Positions 57,779-64,000 of a DNA stretch of 64,000 nt are shown here, piece by piece. Source of the DNA: Patescibacteria group bacterium (GTDB lineage: Bacteria; Patescibacteriota; Microgenomatia; UBA8517). Position 1 is the stretch's first letter. The number at the start of each line of letters is the position of its first letter. A program made the position numbers and the translations under genes. Below the pieces are notes generated by a model, which saw only the letters and a program-made list of their open reading frames with translations, ran no database searches and was not told the DNA's origin. The stretch spans positions 2,569-66,568 of the forward strand of contig DATDRP010000001.1 in the NCBI GenBank assembly GCA_035291665.1, written 5' to 3'.

Positions 57779-58063
57779 ATGTCACCTATTAGAGTGGAAA
57801 TAGAAGGCGATATTCGGATTAATAATGAGACTTTGACCCCCGGTGAAAGCCGTGTGATAAATTTGGGAGGAGGAGAAGGTGTTGTAGTGGAAAGAGTAGA
57901 TGAAGATAATAATGAATTGTACAGTGTATTTCAAACCGATCCGTTTGATCCTGATCCCACTGAATGTTTACAAAAGATAAATATAGCTGAAGATCAAAAA
58001 AGCGGCCATTTTTATATAGGTGACACAAAAGTCTCGGCATGGTATGTTAAAAAAACAAGTTGA
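57779..58063 (+). CDS. hypothetical small protein
   Basis: 94-aa acidic ORF. Confidence 0.35.
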   Translation: MSPIRVEIEGDIRINNETLTPGESRVINLGGGEGVVVERVDEDNNELYSVFQTDPFDPDPTECLQKINIAEDQKSGHFYIGDTKVSAWYVKKTS

Positions 58064-58226
58064 CGGCTATTGTTAAAGTCAATCAGGTGGTATAAAATAC
58101 CCAAAGTATAAAACACATCGGTCTGGCCTCCTGAAGCTATAAGACCGGTGGATGAAATAAGGAGGCGAACACAAGAAGGTTTTTGATAAACTTTTTGTAT
58201 TTCAAACTTAGCTTAAATAATTTTAT

Positions 58227-59060
58227 ATGACAATCGACATTTCACTCGAAGAATTGGTCAAAACAGGAGCTCATTTTGGGCATCAGGTCAAACGTTGGAA
58301 TCCCAGAATGGAGAAATTCATTCATTCATCCCAAAACGGAGTTCATATTTTTGATTTGATAAAAACAAAGGAGTGTCTCGGGGAGGCACTTGATGTACTT
58401 CGTAAATCCGCTAATGAAGGTAAAACGATCGTGCTTCTCGGAACAAAAAAACAGATAAAAGATAAAATCAAAAGCGTTGCTGAGGATGCAGGAGTTTCGT
58501 ATGTTAATGAAAGATGGCTGGGTGGGACGATTACCAATTTCGAGCAGGTTAAAAAGTCCAGCGATAAATTGGAGAAGCTCTCAAAAGGTCTTGCCAGCGG
58601 AGAATATGATACATATACAAAAAAAGAAAAACTTCTGATGGAGCGTGAAATTCAAAGGTTGGAAAGGTTCTTCGGAGGTATAAAAAACATGACAAAAGTT
58701 CCCGACTTAGTATTTATTATCGATATCCGCAAGGAAAGGGGCGCCGTACGTGAAGCAAGCGTCAAGGGAGTGGAAACAATCGGTATTGTTGATACAAATT
58801 CTGATCCGAACCTTGTTGATTATCCGATTCCAATGAATGACGATGCGAAAAAAGCAATTGAATACGTACTTGACCTTGTGTCCGCAGCCATAAAAGAAGG
58901 TAAAAAAGGTGATATAAAAGAAAAAAGCGATATCGTTAAAAAAGCGGTTAAAAAGGATGTTGTCGAAAAGGTAGTACTAAAAAAAGCAAAGACTCCAAGC
59001 AAGCGTAAGCCGGCAAAAACAAACACAAAGGTCAAAACAAAAAAAACCAAAAGTAAATAA
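58227..59060 (+). CDS. rpsB: 30S ribosomal protein S2 with Lys-rich C-terminal extension
   Basis: LVKTGAHFGHQVKRWNPRM..F.. opens the S2 fold, with conserved IVDTNSDP further on. About 50 extra K-rich residues at the C-terminus. Confidence 0.9.
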   Translation: MTIDISLEELVKTGAHFGHQVKRWNPRMEKFIHSSQNGVHIFDLIKTKECLGEALDVLRKSANEGKTIVLLGTKKQIKDKIKSVAEDAGVSYVNERWLGGTITNFEQVKKSSDKLEKLSKGLASGEYDTYTKKEKLLMEREIQRLERFFGGIKNMTKVPDLVFIIDIRKERGAVREASVKGVETIGIVDTNSDPNLVDYPIPMNDDAKKAIEYVLDLVSAAIKEGKKGDIKEKSDIVKKAVKKDVVEKVVLKKAKTPSKRKPAKTNTKVKTKKTKSK

Positions 59061-59075
59061 ACTCATAAAATTGAT

Positions 59076-59534
59076 ATGGCTGTAAAAATAAGTGCGGATG
59101 ATATCCGTAAAGTTAAGGAAGAAACAGGATCTCCTGTGATCAGGGCTAAAGCGGTTTTGGAAGAGCAGAAAGGCGATATTAAAAAGGCAATTGAGATTCT
59201 TCGGAAAGAAGGTTTTGAAAAAACCCAAAAGAGAGCAGGTAGAGAGACTAAAGCCGGAATTTTATCATCGTATGTCCATCACACACAAAAAGTTATAGGT
59301 ATCGCTGAGGTTTTTTGCGAAACAGATTTTGTCGCAAAAAATGAACTTTTTCAACAACTCGGTAAAGATATTGCTATGCAAGTCGCTTCCATGGGAGAGA
59401 AAGATATTTTAGATCAGGAATTTATAAAGGATCCTTCAAAAAAGATTTCAGATCTTTTGAAAGAGGTAATTGCAAAAACCGGTGAAAATGTAGTTTTGGG
59501 TAGGGTTATGCAAATTTCTTTGGGAGAAAAATAA
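59076..59534 (+). CDS. tsf: elongation factor Ts (short form)
   Basis: DIRKVKEETGSPVIRAKAVLEEQKGDIKKAIEILRKEG (UBA-like N-domain) and ETDFVAKNELFQ. Confidence 0.8.
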   Translation: MAVKISADDIRKVKEETGSPVIRAKAVLEEQKGDIKKAIEILRKEGFEKTQKRAGRETKAGILSSYVHHTQKVIGIAEVFCETDFVAKNELFQQLGKDIAMQVASMGEKDILDQEFIKDPSKKISDLLKEVIAKTGENVVLGRVMQISLGEK

Positions 59535-59617
59535 TCAGTTTAGTCGGTTTCTTCAAACGCTATCGTAAATTTTCAAATAAGAGTTAACAATTTTGAAAAT
59601 ACGTTATAATAGATATT

Positions 59618-60172
59618 ATGGACGATGCAAATACAAGCAAGAAAATGCAGGACATCGTTGACCTGATTGTAAAAGATATTGCCTCCATTAGAACAGGAAG
59701 AGCCACCCCCGCACTTGTTGAAGATCTATCAGTTGTCGTTTACGGAGGGGTACAGAAGCTACGGATTCAGGAACTGGCAACAACCAGCACTCCCGACGCA
59801 CAAACTATAGTTATTGACCCTTGGGATAAATCAATCATTGGCGAAATTAGAAAAGGAATTCTGGAAGCAAATGTCGGAATGAATCCGTCAATAGACGGTC
59901 AGATTTTGAGAATTGCATTTCCACCTCTTACTACTGAAGACCGCGAAAAATATGTAAAACTTCTTTCTCAAAAACTTGAAAGCGGACGTGTGATGGTGAG
60001 ACAAGTCAGGGGTGAGGCTATGCGCGATGTCAAAAAGTCGTTTGAAGAAAAAGAAATCAGTGAAGATGAAAAATTTGCTGCTGAGAAAAAAGTTCAGGAT
60101 TTAACCGATGAATATATTGAAAAAATAAATACAGTTGGAGAAAAGAAAAAGCAGGAACTTCTGCAACTATAA
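59618..60172 (+). CDS. frr: ribosome recycling factor
   Basis: Carries the RRF motifs IRTGRATPALVEDL, LTTEDREKYVK and VRQVRGEAMRDVKK. Confidence 0.85.
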   Translation: MDDANTSKKMQDIVDLIVKDIASIRTGRATPALVEDLSVVVYGGVQKLRIQELATTSTPDAQTIVIDPWDKSIIGEIRKGILEANVGMNPSIDGQILRIAFPPLTTEDREKYVKLLSQKLESGRVMVRQVRGEAMRDVKKSFEEKEISEDEKFAAEKKVQDLTDEYIEKINTVGEKKKQELLQL

Positions 60173-60389
60173 TATAGGATTAGAATCGCACGAAATCAAT
60201 CAAGGAGAAATATTAAATAGTTACCAAACTTCAGTCCCGGTTAAGTTAATTTTAAGTATATAATTTTATTTTTAAGAGATACGAAAGCATAAATTATTTC
60301 AATTGAGGTAATTCATTTCTTGATTGTGCAAGATTGATTTTTAATTGTTAAACTGTAATTTCGAATTATAAATGGTAAACTCTTAACGT

Positions 60390-61511
60390 ATGTTTGCGTC
60401 AATTCTTACATTTATTATTGTTTTGTCCATATTGGTCTTGGTGCATGAATTCGGACACTACATTGTTGCAAAAAAAAGCGGTATTTTGGTGGAGGAATTC
60501 GGGTTGGGGCTTCCTTTTGCACCAAAAATATTCGGAAAAAAAATCGGCGAAACGACATATTCAATTTATCCAGTTCTCTTTGGCGGATTTGTCCGGCTAC
60601 ATGGTGAGCTGACCGAAGATGGAGTAACCGACCATAAACGCGCTTTTATAAACCAAAAAAGCTTTACAAAAGTAAAAGTGATAACTGCGGGTGTAATAAT
60701 GAACCTGATTTTAGGGATAGTGTGTTTTTCTATAATTTACAGCGTTCAGGGGATTCCAAAACCGGGTAATAATGTAACCATAATCGATGTTGCTCCCGGG
60801 ACGCCCGCTTCGGATGCGCAACTACCGAAAAATTCTATTGTTAAGAAAGTTAATTATGTGGAGGTAACCTCCGAAAAACTTTTTATTGAAGAAGTAGCAA
60901 AATTCAAAGGATCGGAAATATCATTGACACTGTTGCCTGAAAACTCGGAAGAATCGAAAGTGTTTAAGATTACTCCAAGGAGCGAGTATCCAGAAGGCCA
61001 GGGACCTTTGGGGATAGTAATTTCAACTCCTTATGAAACGTATTTTCCGCCAATCTGGCAAAGGCCATTCTTGGGAGTTTACTATGGATTTCAGGAAGCT
61101 TTCTTTTGGGGGTCGTCAATCGCACTTTCTCTCTTTGAACTCATAAAAAATCTTTTCAGCGGAATTGTGCCAAAAGGTTTGGCCGGACCGGCGGGGCTTT
61201 ATGTGATAACAGATGAAACGAGAAAAGCCGGGATATTACCTCTGATAAGTCTATTGGGGGTAGTTTCCATAAACTTGGCAATTTTGAATATTCTTCCGAT
61301 TCCCGCACTTGACGGCGGGCGGCTTTTATTCATTTTAATTGAGAAATTATTCGGTAGAAAAATTGTTCCGAAAGTAGAAGCAGCTATCCATGGCGTTGCG
61401 ATGGTTATCCTTGTAGGGCTGATGGTTTTGGTGACAATTAAGGAAGTCATAACTATCCGAAGAGTGGGTTTTTCAGGTTATTTAAACGAGGTGATGATGA
61501 GTGGTGAGTAG
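60390..61511 (+). CDS. rseP: RseP-like site-2 zinc metalloprotease (M50) with PDZ domain
   Basis: HEFGHYIVAKKSG (HExxH within the first TM), a central PDZ-like segment, and C-terminal LNILPIPALDGG (LDG motif). Confidence 0.8.
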   Translation: MFASILTFIIVLSILVLVHEFGHYIVAKKSGILVEEFGLGLPFAPKIFGKKIGETTYSIYPVLFGGFVRLHGELTEDGVTDHKRAFINQKSFTKVKVITAGVIMNLILGIVCFSIIYSVQGIPKPGNNVTIIDVAPGTPASDAQLPKNSIVKKVNYVEVTSEKLFIEEVAKFKGSEISLTLLPENSEESKVFKITPRSEYPEGQGPLGIVISTPYETYFPPIWQRPFLGVYYGFQEAFFWGSSIALSLFELIKNLFSGIVPKGLAGPAGLYVITDETRKAGILPLISLLGVVSINLAILNILPIPALDGGRLLFILIEKLFGRKIVPKVEAAIHGVAMVILVGLMVLVTIKEVITIRRVGFSGYLNEVMMSGE

Positions 61512-61522
61512 AAATCTGTGTG

Positions 61523-61804
61523 TTACCTTGGGTGAGCATGGATACATATTTTTAAATTGTATTGTTTTGCATCTTCACTATTGAGTTGGCCATCAACAAA
61601 TTCGATTTTTGTATTAATACTTAAGTTTCCATGAAATATGCTTCCGGAGAAACAGTAAACATCTCCGTTTGTTAATGAAAAGGTTTCACAACAACCCACC
61701 AGACGTCTTTTAGGATCTTTTGTCGTGGTAACCGTGGCTTCCCGGGCTTCCAGGAAACTATTTAAAGGCCCCTTGCATTTTACGGGTGGAACAAATTCAG
61801 ACAT
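61523..61804 (-). CDS. hypothetical small protein, possibly cupin-like (tracked ORF 61523..61972 has a spurious N-terminal extension encoded by a family A repeat)
   Basis: Internal start MSEFVPPVKCKG.. ; motif GDVYCFSGSIFHGNLSI resembles cupin motif 2. Confidence 0.3.
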   Translation of the reverse strand: MSEFVPPVKCKGPLNSFLEAREATVTTTKDPKRRLVGCCETFSLTNGDVYCFSGSIFHGNLSINTKIEFVDGQLNSEDAKQYNLKICIHAHPR

Positions 61805-61828
61805 ATAGATTTCGATATTATAACAGAA

Positions 61829-61947
61829 ATCAAGAAATCCACACCCTTTAGGGCGTGGATGAATTGAACTCAGACCTGCCTGCCGGCGGGCACGGTATGT
61901 CATCCTCCTTAGGGAAACCCCCGAGTCTGACTCGGGGGAGGATGTCA
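61829..61947. repeat. intergenic double-hairpin repeat, family A (full copy with extra GC-rich insert)
   Basis: tcaagaaatcc .. gtggatgaattgaactcagacc - insert tgcctgccggcgggcacgg - tatgtcatcctcc - ttagggaaa - hairpin cccccgagtctgactcggggg - aggatgtcat. Confidence 0.65.
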
Positions 61948-62055
61948 TAGGTTTTACTGATTTAAAATACAATTAAGATTTTATTATACTTAGCTTTTAT
62001 GTTAATAATTTGATATATTTTAAGCTGTCAAACAAAAAATAAGCCGTTTTTTTAT

Positions 62056-63279
62056 ATGAAACAATCAAAACTTTTTCCGAAAACAATAAAAAATGCTCCG
62101 AAAGACGCAGTAAGTGCCAACCACAAGTATTTGGTCAGGGCAGGCTTTATCGATCAGCTGATGGCGGGTTCCTGGACCATTCTTCCTTTGGGGTGGAAAG
62201 TTATCGATAAAATTATAAAGATTATCCGTGAAGAAATGAACGCAATAGGAGCGCAGGAAATGCTGATGCCTTTGATGCATCCGAAGGATATTTGGAATGA
62301 AACCGGCAGATGGGATAGTGCATCGGAAGTGATGTATCAGTTGAAAGATTCCAGGGATAAAGAATTTGCATTGTCATTTACGCACGAAGAGATTGTGATG
62401 GATCTTCTTCGTAAGCATATAAATTCCTACACTGATCTTCCGGTTGCCATTTACCACTTTTCGACAAAATTCAGAAACGAACCCCGTCCTACAGGCGGAA
62501 TTTTGCGGGGTAGAGAATTTTTAATGAAGGATTTGTACAGCGCCCATGCGACGGAAGAAGACCTTAAAGAATTTTATGAAATGGTTTCGGATGCCTATAT
62601 GAAAGTTTTTGAGAGGATTGGTTTTGAAACTTATATAACTGAGGCTGCCGGCGGTGTGTTTACAGAGAATCGAACACGGGAATTCCAGGTTGTTGCCGAC
62701 GCCGGCGAAGATACAATTTATATTCAAAAAGGTACAAAAAAAGCAATTAATAAGGAAGTTTTTGACAAAAACCTTATGGATTATGAGGAAAAAAGAGCTA
62801 TAGAGGTGGGAAATATTTTTCCTTTCGGGAATAAGAAGTATGCCGAAAAAATGAACGTAGGCTTCACCGACAAGGACGGACAAAAGAAATTAGTATATTT
62901 TGCTAGTTACGGAATTGGCGTCACCAGGTTACTGGGAACAATTGCTGAGGTATTTCACGATGACTCCGGATTAATTTGGCCTAAGGTTGTTACACCATTT
63001 GATGTCCATTTGCTTCAAATAGGTGGAAAAGATAACGGTGAAGTCGAGAAAAAGGCTGAAAATTTATATAAAAAATTAACCGATGACGGAATCGAAGTGT
63101 TGTGGGACGATAGGGATATTTCTGCCGGTGAAAAATTTGCCGATTGCGACTTAATCGGAATTCCGGTGCGGGTTGTTGTTTCAGAAAAGACCGAAGACAA
63201 GTTTGAATTCAAAAAAAGAGAAGATAAAGATTCATCAATTCTTTCTTATGACGAATTGCTGACCAAATTAAAGAGTTGA
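62056..63279 (+). CDS. proS: prolyl-tRNA synthetase (short class II archaeal/eukaryote-like form without INS editing domain)
   Basis: YLVRAGFIDQLMAGSWTILPLGWKV, then class II motifs (FRNEPRPTGGILRGREFLMKD; GIGVTRLLG) and a C-terminal anticodon-binding domain. Confidence 0.85.
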   Translation: MKQSKLFPKTIKNAPKDAVSANHKYLVRAGFIDQLMAGSWTILPLGWKVIDKIIKIIREEMNAIGAQEMLMPLMHPKDIWNETGRWDSASEVMYQLKDSRDKEFALSFTHEEIVMDLLRKHINSYTDLPVAIYHFSTKFRNEPRPTGGILRGREFLMKDLYSAHATEEDLKEFYEMVSDAYMKVFERIGFETYITEAAGGVFTENRTREFQVVADAGEDTIYIQKGTKKAINKEVFDKNLMDYEEKRAIEVGNIFPFGNKKYAEKMNVGFTDKDGQKKLVYFASYGIGVTRLLGTIAEVFHDDSGLIWPKVVTPFDVHLLQIGGKDNGEVEKKAENLYKKLTDDGIEVLWDDRDISAGEKFADCDLIGIPVRVVVSEKTEDKFEFKKREDKDSSILSYDELLTKLKS

Positions 63280-63281
63280 AA

Positions 63282-64000
63282 GTGAATAATTTAAAACGCA
63301 GGAAAAAAGTGGTAGTTGTTGGTGGCGGAACGGGAACATTCACGATACTCTCAGGATTAAAAAAGTATCCCCAGCTTGATCTTTCTGTAATCGTTTCAAT
63401 GATGGATGACGGAGGAAGTAACCGTATCATCCGTGATGAATTCGGACTTCTGCCAACTTCTGATCTTCGTCAGTGCATGGTCGCGCTATCGGAAGAAAAA
63501 CCCGGTGATTTGCTGCGAAAGCTTTTTACTTACCGCTACAGTTCCGGAACCGGAATTTCCGGTATGACGTTCGGGAATCTTTTCATGGCGGCACTTGCCG
63601 ATATCTATTCCGATCAGCAAATTGCTATCGAAAAAACGTGTGAATTTTTGGACGTGAAAGGAAATATTATTCCGGTTACGTTTGACAAGACCCATCTTGT
63701 AGCCCGCTATTCAAACGGTAAACAGGTTCTTGGAGAACGCGATATTGACGAACCGGATGATGAGCTTGCGAAATATAAAATTATCGATCTTGAGGTTTTT
63801 CCTGAAGCAACTGTCAACCCCAAAGCAATTAAAGCGATTTCCGAAGCTGATTACATTATTTTCGGTCCCGGGGATTTGTACACAAGTATACTTCCAAACA
63901 TTTTAATCCAGGGGGTTGCAAAAGCGGTTATATATTCAGATGCGAAAAAAATATTCATTGTAAATCTTATGACAAAATACGGACAAACTTCAGGCTTCAA
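63282..64000 (+). CDS. YvcK/CofD-like (UPF0052, gluconeogenesis-factor family) protein, 3'-truncated by window end; GTG start
   Basis: Rossmann motif KKVVVVGGGTGTFTILSGLK and downstream SMMDDGGSNRIIRDEFG, characteristic of the YvcK/CofD family. Confidence 0.55.
   Translation, partial: MNNLKRRKKVVVVGGGTGTFTILSGLKKYPQLDLSVIVSMMDDGGSNRIIRDEFGLLPTSDLRQCMVALSEEKPGDLLRKLFTYRYSSGTGISGMTFGNLFMAALADIYSDQQIAIEKTCEFLDVKGNIIPVTFDKTHLVARYSNGKQVLGERDIDEPDDELAKYKIIDLEVFPEATVNPKAIKAISEADYIIFGPGDLYTSILPNILIQGVAKAVIYSDAKKIFIVNLMTKYGQTSGF

Noticed and set aside
7387-61947. Possibility that the repeat families constitute a CRISPR array
   Set aside because: Repeats are ~100 bp, imperfect, irregularly spaced over tens of kb and separated by genes. 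There are no short uniform spacers and no cas genes.
61805-61972. N-terminal extension of the 61523 ORF
   Set aside because: It is encoded by the family A repeat at 61829-61947. The internal start MSEF.. gives a more plausible small protein.

Overview
This 64-kb window looks like a gene-dense stretch from a small-genome, low-GC bacterium. Short intergenic spacers, many small proteins, Pro/Thr-rich linkers, sortase-type C-terminal anchors and r-protein extensions suggest a CPR/Patescibacteria-like organism, but that placement is inference. The core content is housekeeping: ribosomal proteins (rplL, rplJ, rplA, rplK, rpsU, rpmG, rpmB, rpsB), secE-nusG, tsf-frr, rnhB, queA, def-fmt, mreB-mrdA, dprA-topA, dcd, thyX-tmk-glyA-folD, rseP, proS, rpoD, and five tRNAs (Trp, Thr x2, Tyr, plus a partial Tyr-like copy). 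I saw no rRNA, CRISPR array, transposase or integrase. The most unusual locus is at the left edge (1-3915): a retropepsin-like (DTGA) protease gene overlapping a 764-aa fusion of an ATP-grasp ligase with a FemAB/GNAT-fold peptide-ligase domain, followed by a 360-aa possible zinc amidohydrolase. I read this as a candidate peptide-ligation / peptide-tagging or cell-wall bridge-building system. Three repeat families populate the intergenic space. Family A is a ~100-bp double-hairpin element in 5 full/near-full copies (a sixth degenerate, a seventh partial). The second is a 32-bp hyphenated palindrome present 5 times, one copy overlapping the start codon of a TrpR/YerC-like HTH gene. Family B is a ~90-bp repeat that brackets each gene of a four-gene accessory block (27.6-30.9 kb). 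Other oddities: a conserved secE-nusG-rplKAJL cluster interrupted by five small unknown genes, tRNA genes followed by short direct repeats of their own 3' ends, a tandem-duplicated ThyX, a stand-alone ATP-cone protein, a Cys-rich secreted protein with a VirB2/TrbC-like C-terminus, and a 489-aa protein with a sigma region-4-like HTH directly after rpoD. All functional calls rest on motif recognition by eye; no database searches were run.
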